Assembly (NCBI RefSeq): GCF_006345805.1
Contig: NC_043001.1
Location: 7,502,001-7,566,000 of the forward strand
Direction: 5' to 3'
From: Octopus sinensis
Lineage: Eukaryota
DNA length: 64,000 nucleotides
In this document: positions 26,211-40,150 of the stretch, piece after piece
Layout of the letters: every line of letters starts with the position of its first letter
Numbering within the stretch: position 1 is the stretch's first letter
Position numbers and translations under genes: made by a program
Notes under the pieces: generated by a model
Told to the model about the DNA's origin: nothing
The model's database searches: none
The model's input: only the letters and a program-made list of their open reading frames with translations

Positions 26211-26301
26211 CCTTCTATATAATAAATTAATTTCCTCTGCTATGTATTGAGTACCTTATTTACTGTGGTTAACCCCGAATCAACCCGGGACCTACATATA
26301 T

Positions 26302-26372
<71 letters not shown>

Positions 26373-26378
26373 ATATAG

Positions 26379-26430
<52 letters not shown>

Positions 26431-26613
26431 TAATATATATGTATATATATAATATATATATTATATGCATATATATATATATGTATATGCATACATACTA
26501 TATATTTATAAAGTTAATCCAAACATGAAAACACAAAGAGAAAGCACAACAACGCGAGGACGTGGAACAAGTATAGTATTATTGGACGCTCAGGAAGGAA
26601 AAGAAGAAGGAAG

Positions 26614-26648
26614 GTTTAACGTTCCGAGCGGAGCTCTTCGTCAGAAAC
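26614..26648 (-). ncRNA. Minimal hammerhead motif, probably inactive (A13 to G), in a ~200-bp element at ~26510-26720
   Basis: Minus: GUUU-CUGACGA-A-GAGC-UCC-GCUC-GGAAC-GUU-AAAC. Confidence 0.65.
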
Positions 26649-27475
26649 ATAAGAAAAGGAAAGATCTAGGAAAGGGAAAACGGAGGAAAAAAATCGCCAA
26701 CGCTACACACACGGTCACGCATTTGTGTACGTATACACACATATGTATATATATATGCTTATAGTTTCATATTGCATAGATATATGCACAATATGTAGTT
26801 ATACATGGATATTGTAAATGTAGAACTTCATCTTGGGTACACTCAAATGACTGAAACATAAAAGAATTAAAAGAATATGCACAAGATGTACACATATGTA
26901 TAATTATATATTGATAATGCGCTTGTGTATCCCGGACAACATAGTCGGGGTCTAGTACAGAGACCGTTTATAGGAGCGTTTGGGAAGGCGAAAAGAGAGA
27001 ATGAAATATAGTATCGGAATAAAACTGTCAGACATTCGTAATGTCTCTGTTGTCACAAGAGAGCATCTTTTGGGCTCTTTTGGACCGGAAAACGAGGGTT
27101 TCCTAACAGTTGATGTCATCTATTCAAATCTAACTCTTTCAATCTACCGCAGCGTTTCAGTTTTCAGTTGTTTCTGTTTTGCCTGATCATTTCTCCCGTC
27201 ATCTTCACAAGTGATTTGACTTATACTAAGTTCTCTAAAGTACTACTATCATAGTGGCCCCTGTTTTATTCTAATACTGTACTTCACTCTTGCCTTTCAC
27301 CTTCACAACCTCTCCCACTAACGGTGTTGCCCTATTGTCTTTTCTACTGGGAATTATATATTGGGCGAATAGGTAAGCAACTTATCACTAATAGCTAGAC
27401 GAAGAAAAACATAGTTGTAGGTAACTGAATCTGGCGTTGCTTACTAAATTACATACAGATACACACTCACATAAA

Positions 27476-27790
<315 letters not shown>

Positions 27791-27811
27791 TGTTATTATT
27801 ATTATTATTAT

Positions 27812-28366
27812 TGAGTGAGAGAGCAGTGCATGCCATCAAAGTGACACTGGGGTAAAATATACGAAGCCTAATATACCCATCATGACTACCCGTCTGATAA
27901 AGGTACACCAGGCACATGCATCACAACCATATGTGCGCGACATGGTGATCTCATATCAATATAAACACACATGACCTTGCAGGTGGGGCCCAGTTAGAAT
28001 TTTCTTCAGGTTGAGTAGCCCATCCCGCTCAAAAGGTCCCTGAATAAGGGTTGTTTAAGGATGCTGAAAGAACCACCCATGTTTCCAGAGGTGAATTATT
28101 CAAACCCCAAAGAATCCCTCTCAACACATGGCTATGATGCTCCCCCCACTACTTCTGCTCGTGATTAGAGATGCACATATCGTCAGCCACTAAGGGACAT
28201 GCTCAACTGGTTAAGGTCAAACAACTGACAAGCAAATCTGTGGTATTGAGCAGAATATTTGCTGTAGCCCATCTTTTATACCAAGACAAAACAATGTACA
28301 TGATAACACTTCCAATCAGTTAAGATCAGAAGCCATGAGAGCCACTGCCTGGTACTGCATCAGGGC

Positions 28367-28367
<1 letters not shown>
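27812..28367. other. Unclassified ~555-bp insert within (ATT)n (probable interspersed repeat)
   Basis: Higher-GC complex sequence with sharp (ATT)n borders on both sides; no coding homology recognised; single copy in this window. Confidence 0.4.
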
Positions 28368-28411
<44 letters not shown>

Positions 28412-28793
28412 GATTGTCATTATTATTATTATTAGAAAGTAATTCGTCGTTGAATGAAAATCACGTGATGAACTCGGCACATTATATGTTGTGTATCTTA
28501 TAATTAATTGCATTGAATTTCCTATTTCTACAAGTCTAAATCTCTCCAAATTTTCATGTAATGTCCATCGATTACGTACAAAATGATTTGTAAACGCTGT
28601 TAATCACACGTCTGGCCATTATTACAGTAATAGACTTTCCAGTAATACTAACAATGATTTAGTGAAAAGATACGCAATGATCATAAATAACTACGTAAGC
28701 TGCTTTGCGAAACCAGTTATCAGTCTCCAATTTACGTTTAAAGGCAATTAAAATTTATAATGATGAAAGATAAATTTACATATCGTTACGCAT

Positions 28794-28831
<38 letters not shown>

Positions 28832-28854
28832 ATGTATATATATGTATATATATG

Positions 28855-28928
<74 letters not shown>

Positions 28929-28995
28929 TATAGATATATACACATCGATATAAATACATACACATATATATATTATATATATATGAATGTGTATA

Positions 28996-29365
28996 GGCGC
29001 CACTGCGTGGTGCCTAGGACTCCAAATTTGCCATCAAGATGTAAGACAAGATACTGTGATAGCCTGGGCTTCCGTGGCCCACAGCTCTTCAATATCCTCC
29101 CGAAGACCTGAGAGACCTGCATGGGGTGGATGCAGATGTCTTTAAAATGGAACTGGATCTCTTCCTGTCAAGTGTCCCAGATGAACCAACTTCACGGCAG
29201 GAGGTGCGGATGAGGGCAGCTGCATCGAACTCTCTCATGCACCAAATGGCAGTTACTAAAAAAGCTTTCGTGAAGTAAAACCAAGTAGCAACACCAAATG
29301 GCGGTGCCCCAGCATGGCCACAGCTCATGAGCTGAAACTAGAATCAATCAATCAATCAATCAATC
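28996..29365 (+). mobile_element. 5'-truncated 3' end of a CR1-like LINE with (AATC)n tail
   Basis: Aligns to the reverse complement of ~37500-37860 (RHCVVP...[14 protein letters not shown]); ends GGCGGTGCCCCAGCATGGCC...CTGAAACTAG(AATC)n. Confidence 0.85.
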
Positions 29366-29399
29366 TCAGTAAACATGAATGCATGCATATATGTATATG

Positions 29400-29446
<47 letters not shown>

Positions 29447-32081
29447 TTGTGTGTGTGTGTGTATATAAAAGCATATTTGTCCTGTTTTCATATAATTTTA
29501 GAGGTGCATATATATTTATATATACATACATATATATGCCTGTATGCTGACATACATTTATGCATAAACGTATAACATATAAAAAATATATATTATATAT
29601 ACATAGTATGAGTGCTTCTCTCTGAGTGTAGGTTTGTATATCTTGTATACACATGAATTTAGCCAGGCCCAGCGTCAGGCACTTAATCCTATCATCCAGA
29701 TTTATATATTTAGTGCAAACATGTCTGTTCTTTGTACCAAATTTTTGTCGTCTGGTATGATCTCATGAATCGTACCCCTGTGTCCAAGATATCCTTACCG
29801 GTCTTTTTCTCCATCCACAACAATTGTTGTATATAATTTATTGTTTGAAAAACAGGAACCAAAAGGTTTTGTTCGATGACTTTTCTTCTCAAGACCTGAT
29901 AAATCGTTAATTCTGTCTCTCAAGATGTCTACAGAACTGCACTATATACGCTGGGATATCATGGGGAAAACATGATATTTATTTCGATTATTACACAACG
30001 TGATATATACATCGAGTGTTGTATACATAAATCCTGCTTGCAGAGTATATAGCATCGTTTACCTAGTTGGGTGGCTGAACAGCTGAGAAAATCGTTGACG
30101 TTTTTCGAGCATACTGTTAGACAAAGACTTGGAAGAGTCCTTTCTATCGAAGATTATAGGCTCGAAACGGGAAACACTTCCTCATCCTCCCGAGCGTCAA
30201 GCTAATACACCCGCTTCTTGTTTATACATCTGTCCTTGTTTTTTTTTGTTTTCTCTAAATATCAACTATATGTGTGTGTGTGCATATGTGTGTCTGTGTG
30301 TCTGTGTGTGCGATTTCTGTATACGTAATTAGTATTTACTAAATTACATTTCCAAAGAATTGAATTATCAGAACATTAGAAATTAAGATTCTTCTCTGTT
30401 GTTTCAAAGTTTCTCAATCACCTGACATAAATCGGTTAGATAAGAGTATATACCTTTATTTCTATAGTTATATCATTTAAAGAGCACAAACCAATACTTA
30501 ATACGTTTAGAATATATTACAATTCTCTGGGAATTATTCTTGAGCTAATAACCATTTACTTAAATTGATATTTAATTTTGTTATAAGAACATTTTTCTTT
30601 CACTTTTGATACATTTCTTTTACTAAAATGCAATATAGATGTCAATTATTAAATATAGACAAGTATGATTTATTCCATAGTACTTAGTAATATTTTAATA
30701 AACTATTGCTTTTGAAATATATCGCAATTATTTATCAAATAAAAACAATTAATGGAGTATATTGACAACATAACTATTTATTCTGTCTTGATGAACTAAT
30801 TTGTGATCCGTAGTGCCTTTCATATTTCTGCTTTGATAGTTGAGCTGTGTTTGTTGTTTCGTTGTTTACATTTTTCATTTTAGTTTGCATAGACATCATC
30901 GACTCTTTAACCATACTTCGTTCAAACAAAATAAAAAGAATTAGGAAATTAAGTAAAACCGCTTTTAGCATGGCCGCCATCCAGTGACTGAAACAAGTAT
31001 AGGAGAAAGGATAACACATATTTGTAATCATATAAACAATAATTTAGCAGGGGATAAAATCTGTTTTAACAATTCGGCTGCAAAATAATTTACTTGTTTC
31101 ACTCATAGTGCAGCGGCCATGCTGTGATGGGAGACGCAATCAAATGCTGTAGTGGAACGAACTAACCGTAGTAAATATATTTGTGAAGGCCGGAAGAGAG
31201 TCATTTTACCGAACGGATAGCTTACAGGAGAGTAAAGAAATAAGCCCTGGCTGTAAGTAAACAAGAACAAGTAAGCATTCGGGGTGCTTTCAAAACGTAA
31301 CCGACAATATTTTCTCCATCCAGAACTAATGCTGTGTTGTCAAAGCCGTGTAGGTGGAAAATGACATCACCCTTCTTGTACAAAGTGAAAAAAATTTACG
31401 CGTTGGTAGTCTACGCCAGTTACCAACTGTTACACCCAGAGTAGTGAAGTGTAGTGTGTGCCCCTCAGATTTTCCTTTTCACATAATATGACCGAACACT
31501 TCGAAAGCACACTCTTTATCTCTCAAACAAACAAACACAAACACACACGCATACATTTATGTATGATTAATATAAATGTATTACTACAATTATTGGTATT
31601 GAATAGAATAATCTCCAATGATAGTCGGAACATGTTACTGCAGGTGAAAATGATAAAGAATTACTGATATAGAGCAAAAGACAGAGAAGCGTTACCGAAG
31701 TAGCAAATTCAAACGGAGATTACGAGAACTGATAAATTGAGGCTGAGGTATTTCTCATGCATATGAGTTTATACAACCAATACACATTTCGATATGTAAG
31801 GACGGCAGTTAATATGACATTTTGTTATGCTGATATCATATTGATTGTAATTATACTTTCAAATTGAATTCGTTTGTATTTCCATTCATACAGATGTGAG
31901 AATCTAAATCTTTTAAAGAATCGATATCATTGGTGTTTTCTTCTTATATTTCGAATATATATGCAACCACTTTGACCAGTATGGGAAAGCTTATTGAGCC
32001 ATGAGCAGTTACAGTCGCGACGATTGACTGCAAGCAATTGATATGTATATACGTACACCCGAGCAGATAGACACACTCACA

Positions 32082-32139
<58 letters not shown>

Positions 32140-32904
32140 TAATGGTTTAGTTTATTACTATACAATATTATATTTTATATGTAAATTTATATTTAGCCTA
32201 TTTTATATACTCTAGACAAAAATACACTATTCTTCAAAATCTACTACGCAGAAGATATATTTATAGAATTAAACAAAAGAGAAAGCAACAAAAATAAAAA
32301 TAACAGTAACGTATAAGGTAATGGAGAATTTTAGGCATTGGATGTTTACTTTTATTATTTATTGATATTAAACAGATCTTAGTTAAATATAATAATGGGA
32401 ATGATATAAGTTCTGACTTCATTCGTAAATATGTTATACAATTTTACGGACTCTAGATCAGATTAATGAACTTGTAAAATATTTTCATCATCTAGGTATT
32501 ATTAGCCATCCAAAATCTTCCCTGTGTGTATATTCGAAAGAGTTAATTATTTAATCTCTAACATATTTCATTATTTGGTCTGCGGCCTTAAAAGATTCAG
32601 ACGAAAAAATCGTTCCTTAACGCTTATATTATGTGGAACGTAAAGAAACAGTAAGTGGTGGCGGGAAAAAATCATAGGCACATGGACACACAGAGCGACA
32701 CTGACACACATACACACACACATACACACACACGCACACAAATACACCCACACACATGCACATACTCACAAACACACACATATCACTTCAGGTAGGCCGT
32801 ATTGATATATGATCTACAGTGTACGTTAAATATTGGTTATCTCCCACTGGATGAAGTGTGTTGATCTTACTTTAACGCAACAGTAAGCTACATATATTTA
32901 GTTT

Positions 32905-33050
32905 TTTTCCACCACATCCACACACAAGGCTTTGATCGACCCGGGGCTAAAGTAGAAGATACTTCTCCAAAGTATCATGCAATGGGACTTAACCCAAGGC
33001 CAGCTGGTTCGCATACGAGCATTGTACGAATACGCCACGCCTGTACCTAA
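32905..33050 (-). mobile_element. SINE group C, diverged 5' fragment
   Basis: CACAAGGCTTTGATCGACCCGGGGCTAAAGTAGAAGATACTT...GCCACGCCTG matches the group C head. Confidence 0.7.
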
Positions 33051-34265
33051 ATAACTTCGTATCTACTTGCATTATTGAATTTCCAATAAACTTTCCTGAT
33101 GTGTAGAGAGCGATACACATTTAAGATCCTGCATTTTATATATCAAGCTCCCTAATATGAGAAATATGTTTATAATATTAAATATAGTCTTGGGGGTTCC
33201 TTTAGTACTTAACTAACAGAAATGTAATGGAGGCAAGTGAATTCGAATCAGGCTACAATACATTTATGAAAAGAAAAATGGTTGAATTTAACATCCAACA
33301 ATTGCTAAACGAATTCGAAATGTTTGTATATATATACACTCGTATATACACATATATTGTATGCATGGATGTGTATGTATATACATACTTGCATATATGT
33401 ATGTTTGTGTGTGCATTGGAGTGTCCGTGTGTCAGAGCGCGTGCATCTGTGTGTGCGTGTGATGTGTCTATGAGTGTGTGTGTTTGTGTGTGTTTTTGTG
33501 CGCGCGCAGACGTTTCAAATGTTCAAAAGGCTTTTGTTTTTACTCTATTTTATCAAACGCAGCAATTTTCTTAAACATCAGACATGTACCCGCTTCGTCT
33601 CATTTACATTCCTTCTCATGTGAAAGACCTGAAGTAATTGATCTGTGAAGCGATGTATAATTCCCTCACATATTTGACACCGAAGCAAATACACTGACAT
33701 TATCCATCTTTGTCTTTGTACAAAAAGTATATTCAATCTACATAATTTTCGCAGGGAACAATTTCAAAGGAATTCTTCTTTGAAAACATGTTTCTAATTC
33801 ACCGCAGCGGTAATCTGTCAAACCAGTTGTCACACACTCCTTATTTCTAACTGCCACTGTTTTCATCATTAATGACCTGCTAGCTATTATTCTGGATCTA
33901 ATACAAAAAATCCTAAATCATTGTCCACCCATTATTTAACCATTATCGAACATCTTTAGCCTTCGCTATATAACTTGCTCCCATAACAAATAACAACTTC
34001 GCAACAAACAATTGATATGTACTCTTTGCCTGAAGAAGGAAAATCTCACGTAATAGTTAAACATACCAATTAGGTTCTATCTTTTCTGCAACACCCAAGC
34101 AAGCATGTGAAGGTGATATTAAGGATTGTATGACTATGTATATTGGCATCACCTACGTCAACAAAATTCTTCTTACAATATATTATATTGCTTCTTCCTC
34201 GTTTTCTTAATATTTCGCACAATTCTTTGTATCTTTACATGTTTTACACAAAATTGAAATTGCAG

Positions 34266-34344
34266 TTGTTCCACAAGTTTCACAGGAATCACCTTCTAAT
34301 TTAAAATGGAGAAATATTACATGCAACCTGTACGAAACCGAATG
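34266..34344 (+). CDS. Weak candidate internal exon of an unidentified host gene
   Basis: TGCAG acceptor (AG 34264-65) and strong TG|GTGAGT donor; only the phase-1 frame is open (VPQVSQESPSNLKWRNITCNLYETEW). No homology recognised. Confidence 0.25.
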
Positions 34345-35584
34345 GTGAGTTTTCAAAGACATGTATATTTGCAATCGGTAAGCACTGAAAACGTTACGTA
34401 ACAAAAATACTGCATATAAAAAATAATGAATCCAGTCTTCAGAAGAAAAGAAGAGTCTGAGAAAAGTCCAGTTACGTAGGACTTTTCTCGGAATTAATCC
34501 AATGTTTGTGTTTTGATATCCAATCAAATACTCGTTGGGGGTCATATGACAGCAACAACCTTCTAGTAATAACGCAACATAACGCTATAGACTGCGTAAT
34601 TAAATCAAATATATATGCACATATGGAATCGCAATGAATATTATTATTGTAAATCTAAATATCGATATTTCATGGAATTCTTAGCTTATAACCCCATATT
34701 ATAAAACAATATCATTTAGATAGCATTTTTTAGATTATGATGCGTTGCAAGTTTCATATTACACAAAAAACAGAAGCTAGCGATAATTCATTGTAAATCT
34801 TTTCTATAGTTTCTGTGTTCTATACGCAACCGACTCTCTCTGATGGTGAGAGATATATGTCTTTTTAAAAGTCACATTTTTGGTAAAATGAAATATGTAA
34901 TACACCACAATTTCCACTCCATCCGTAATCAAGGTCCGAAGGATATATTCACATTAATTTAGTTTTAATAAACTAATACGAATATCAAGAATCGTCTTTC
35001 CTTACTCATTACATTAGACGATGCATCACAATAGAATCATTTGATGTAAACATTCATATATAATACAGAACGATGTATTTTCGTGAAGTATCCTTTTATG
35101 AATGCCGTCATGAAAAGGCGTAAACATCTCGCTAAGAACGTGACGTCCAAATGCACATAACTTGCAAATGATACTCATTTCCTTTTGTGTGGGGAGGTAA
35201 GTGTGGAAAATGGTTCATAAAGAGGCCATATTACATAGTTTGTAATATTGTGTATGATGAATTTCAACAACTTGAAACATTTGTTTTTGCCTGGGCATAC
35301 CTGAGCGTATTGGTCTGGTTAAGTACCGTTCAAAGTAGAATGCCCACTAAGAACATTCTAACCGTGAATCCCCGTTACACACCTTTTCGGTTGCATATGA
35401 TACAAATATGCAAAACAATGGCAGAAAAAATTTGATAAATTCATCGAACATTTGCTTTCTCTTTTCACTCTCATTTTCTTGTATGATATACATGTCTCTG
35501 TGTGTGTGTATGTATGTATGTATGTATTATGTATGTATGAATGTATGTATGTATGTGAGTTCCCGGGTATATATACATACATAT

Positions 35585-35624
<40 letters not shown>

Positions 35625-35633
<9 letters not shown>

Positions 35634-35998
35634 GGCAGTTTGTCTGTGCGTGTTTCTGTGTGTCTGTTTGCTTGTACCCTCACTCTGACCACGGCTTTCA
35701 ACCGATTCTGATGAAACTTGACACACACATAGCCCAATGTCATAATTCAAAACTAACGCACCGAAAATTTTGAAAAGTTCCCCCAGTTCTGAAACAAATC
35801 GATAAATTCGACATGGGGTCGAGAATCAGAAACACAAACCGCAAACTGTCTAGGGGACGCAACACCACCTTTTTTTACTCTCAAAAAAAATTTACCATCA
35901 TTTTTTTCCATTTTTTTGCTGTTTTTTGGCTATAACTCTAAAAATGCTTTATAGTTATTTCCTTTACAAACCCGAGCAACGCCGGGCGATACTGCTAG
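35625..35998 (+). mobile_element. Non-autonomous Helitron-type element
   Basis: 3' end has GC hairpin CCCG...CGGG (35971-35986), then CTAG (35995-35998), then T. The 5' part has a (TGTC/TGTT)-like tract and a CCGATTCTGATGAAACTTG core; the 5' end is lost in a (TA)n run. Confidence 0.7.
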
Positions 35999-36053
35999 TA
36001 TATATATATATATGAATATCCGCCGCGTGTGTGCGCATGTATATATATAAATA

Positions 36054-36094
<41 letters not shown>

Positions 36095-37331
36095 TATATA
36101 TATATACATACATAATACATATTTATGCACGTACGTATGCATATTTACGTATATGTTTGTACATATTTGTATATTTATATATGAATGAGTGTGTTTGTGT
36201 GTGTATCTGAGTGTGCATGCAGTAAATCTGTATGCGTGTATGTTTGCATTGATGTATCTGACAAAATATCCGTGAAGCACGGAACGCTACCAAACATATA
36301 TATATTAAAACCAAGATTACGAAACAGTTGACTGTTTGCATGTGACAAAAGCCATTTTTTGTGTTTTTATTGATATTCATCCCAACGAATTTCTTTTATT
36401 TTCCAATACTCTTAATAGAGTTTTCATGACAGGAACCCGAATCGTAACATTCTATTTCTGTCTTAAAGAAGAAATGTGATTTTATTGTGATATGAAAATA
36501 AATATAATCATATTATGTATCGTCTTTAAATCCTTAAATTATTTTATATTTCAGTAGCATCAAGACTGTTTTCTTTCAATACACATTTCTGGATATCGAT
36601 CTATATTAACACAGCGTAAAGAAAAAGAAAGTTTAAAATATTTTGTGCAAAGTGTTGGTATCATAATGAATCGTAAGCGTATTTTCAGAACGCACGAACA
36701 GACTTGAAGTAAATTAGAGAATGAAGGCACTTAAGCCTGTACACGGTGGACACATTTGAAAGAATATTAAAAATAAAGATGGGAAATAGGTGGAAAGAAA
36801 ATGAAATATATTTCTAATCAGTTTGCTAAAAATAGAACTAAAAGAATTTTAACATTAAGCAGTATTTTTAACAGCTATGCTTAAAAAATTATAAACTTTT
36901 CTTATTAATGCTATGTATTGTAAAATATTTGTAAAGTGAACAAGAAGATTACTAGTTGCTGTGTGTTTGTTATAGAATTTATTGTTTCGTAAAGTAGGCG
37001 GCGGATAAAAATACAACATCTGTAAGTTTTAAATGTTGTTGTTGTGTAACAAAATCTGTAATTGAAAGGAAATCCTAAATTGAAGACATGATAATATGAT
37101 TTTGGTAAGAGTCTTTAGCTCGGCATTATACCTGCTTCTCATAAAGCTATTAAACGAAACGTGTTGATCAGATCGCGTTGAAAAGCACAGAAGTTAGGCT
37201 GGAGATTTTAATGCAGCGTCTATGAAAACATACGAAATAATTTTTCTTTATAAGTGTGTGTCAGCATTTCATAATTGTATTGGAACTATGACATCCGCAT
37301 TCACACACATGATCACTCGTACTCTCTCTCT

Positions 37332-37381
<50 letters not shown>

Positions 37382-37478
37382 ACACATAATATTACAGAGT
37401 ATAATAGTGTTTTTTCTCTAATTTATATATTACATATATATATATATATATTATATATATATATATATAATATATATA

Positions 37479-38626
37479 TCCTTAAAATCCTTAAAAATGT
37501 TTTAGCCCGAAGGCCGCGGCCATGCTGGGGCACCACCGCTGAATGAGCTACACTAGTTTGTGAATCCACCTCTGATACGTGGCACTTGATCAACAAGGGA
37601 GTTCGATGCTGCTGCCCGCATCCGTGTCTCCTGTCGTGAGGTAGGTTCATCTGGGACTCCCAACAAGAAGAGATCCAGTTCAGTTTTAAAGAAACCCACA
37701 TCCACACCATGTAAGTCTCTCAGGCATTTAGGGAGTTAGAGAAAAAGAGCTGTGGTCCTCTGAAACCCAAGCTTGCAGTATCTGGACCTGTATTTTGATG
37801 GTGATGTTGGAATCCTTGGCACCACGCAGCGGCGCCCCGTTCTGCGGTTGGAGTAACTTTGAATGCCAAATTTGGGACAAGACCCTCCAGGATTTTCCAG
37901 ATGTATATCACTGCATATCTCTCCCGCCTCCGCTCCAGGGAGAAGAGGTTTAATACCTTCAGTCTTTCCCAGTAGCTGACATTTTGCATTGAGACGATTT
38001 TCTTGTGTAGCTTCTCTGAGTTGCTTCGAGTTCTGCTGTTTGTTTTATATTGTGTGGTGACCAAAGTTGGGAGCAGTAGTCCAAGCGGCTGAGGACAAAT
38101 GTGTTCCATAGGACCATCAGTGTCTCCTTCTCTCTTGTTCTGAAAGTTCGGAGAATCCATCCAGCTAGCCGTCTGCATTTTATCACCAGATTAGCAATAT
38201 GCATTTGGAAAGATGCATCATTGCTCATGTCAATGCCCAGGTCACACACTGATTTTGACTCAGGGATTGCAATTCTTCCTGGGCCAGTGTATCCAGTCTT
38301 CACGTCATTTACCTTTGTGTGCCAGTAGCGCAGGGCCTGGAACTTACCTGCATTAAACTGCATGTTGTTGTCCTCAGCCCACCTGTATATTGTGTCCAGC
38401 TCATGTTGCAGATGCGCAATATTTTCAGGGTTTTGTATTGCGTGGGAGACTTTTGTGTCATCTGCATATCTAGCAAGGGTGATCATCGTAGCAACTGAAG
38501 GCATGTCTGAAAAGGCCACTATGAACATCAGTGGCCCCAAGACAGTGCCCTGTGGGACACCGCTTGTTATTTGCGTTTCCCTGGAGGTGGCTCCATTGCT
38601 CACAACTGCCTGTTTTCTGTCTTTTA
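37479..38626 (-). mobile_element. 5'-truncated CR1-like LINE (RT domain plus 3' end), frameshifted
   Basis: ORF 37959..38603(-): SGVPQGTVLGPLMF, YADDTKV, WAEDNNMQFNAGK, LRTF...LSRLDYCSQLWSP; next frame SLERRRERYAVIYIWKIL; tail GGTGCCCCAGCATGGCC. Confidence 0.92.
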
Positions 38627-39944
38627 GGATATATATATATATAGGATATATATATATATATCATATATATATATATATATTATATATATTATATATATAT
38701 ATATATTATATATATATATATATTATATTATATTATATATATACATATATATAAAGAGAGAGAGAGAGAAGGGAGAACGAGAGAGAAATATAATGAGGGA
38801 AAGAGAGAAATGAATAGGGAGAAGTAGATAAATAAATGAAAAGATAGACACATACATGCATAGGCATCGAGTCTCTAACTTCAAAATGCTCTGTGAGTAT
38901 CTACGAACCAGTTACCCACTTGTGACTTGGACACCTTGTATGTAAATGGAAAAAAATTCTAACAGTTTATGCATTTCGAAAATAATGTATATTTATATAT
39001 TGTCATTGCTCATGTATTTTGTCAGTATAAGCTGTAATAGCTTTTTCCATTGTGTTCAAAGAAAGGGAGTAAAGTGCCCATCCATGATTTTCCTTACCTT
39101 ACTTAATTTCCTATTTCTATGTCAAAATCACAAACACTACCGTGCTTCTTTGCGTTCATAAAGCGATGTAAGTTGTTATTCAAGTTACCAACTCAGGAAT
39201 AAGGAATATAAAGCGACTTAGTTTGACGAAGTATTTGATTTTGTTACATAAAATATGTTGTGTTAAGGAAAGGAAAAAAAGGGATGCGATTATTTATAGC
39301 TAGTTAAAAATAAAGATGCTATAGTTGAGTGAAAGATGTTCTGGCAAAGACTAACCGATACGTACATAGTTATTTCTTTTGAAGAAAATACATTAAAACT
39401 ACGTTAAGTTCTAAGGTAATACAGGGTAGATTGGTTGGGATTTGGCCATGAGTAAAAAATCGTTGTGTCGGTACTGGCAACCATAATCAGAACCGTTCTT
39501 AAAGGGCCGCATTTCATATACGTTCTTAGAACAATTTCTCATACTTACAGCCCTACATTGTCATCGTCCATCGCTGTGTTTCAGGTGAAAGAACAGAAAC
39601 TGTGATAAACTATATTTTTCCCTAGTGGCAAAACGTCTTAAGTATCACTCTAGAAAACTAGATAAACCTACTTCATGTTTAACAGAAACTACTGGTGCAA
39701 TGATGGAAAGAAAACAATGTATAATAATATTTCTTGTTAAATACGTTACCGAATTGCGAAAACATTGATCTAAACACTCGAATGTTATTTAAATTGGCAA
39801 GTGAAATAATACTGTTCGTGGAACGCGTATGTAACACAAGTACTGTACAGCCGCGTAGAGGTCGAATAATATATTAAGCATTTAAATAATCATCAAGTTA
39901 GCTAAGAATTATTGAAATGTTTGTTATGTTATTTAAGGTAATAA

Positions 39945-40150
39945 GGTGGCTAGCTGCAAGAACCGTTAGCATGACGGACAAAATGATAAGCGTCATTTCG
40001 CCCGTCTTTACGTTTTAAGCTCAAATTCTATCGAGGCCAAATTTACCTTTTAATCTTTCGGGTTTGATAAAATAGGAACCAGGTCAGCACCGGCGTTCGA
40101 TGGACTCGAATTACGTCCTCCACAGAAATTCCTGGCATTGTGCCTGAATC
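39945..40150 (+). mobile_element. SINE group A, diverged monomer with alternative tail
   Basis: AAGGTGGCTAGCTGCAAGAACCGTTAGC head and group A body; tail ...GAAATTCCTGGCATTGTGCC. Confidence 0.7.

Larger units (their letters stand above)
25021..26223. repeat. ~1.2-kb palindrome, ~600-bp arms, single-nucleotide centre (G25621)
   Basis: CAAGT-G-ACTTG at 25616-25626; unique outer arms (25021-25300 versus ~25940-26223) and microsatellite-rich inner arms mirror each other with scattered substitutions and small indels. Confidence 0.95.

Noticed and set aside
29710-29892. Possible LINE endonuclease fragment or minus-strand exon
   Set aside because: Only vague similarity with no diagnostic motif.
34207-34545. 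piggyBac-like Cys-rich C-terminus on the minus strand
   Set aside because: Cys/His spacing is incomplete, there are no TTAA-bounded TIRs, and a CDNWF-like motif near 33820 lies in the wrong order.
35700-35725. CTGATGAAAC inside the Helitron-type element
   Set aside because: No stem II between the core and GAAA and no stem III; it is part of the Helitron-associated core.
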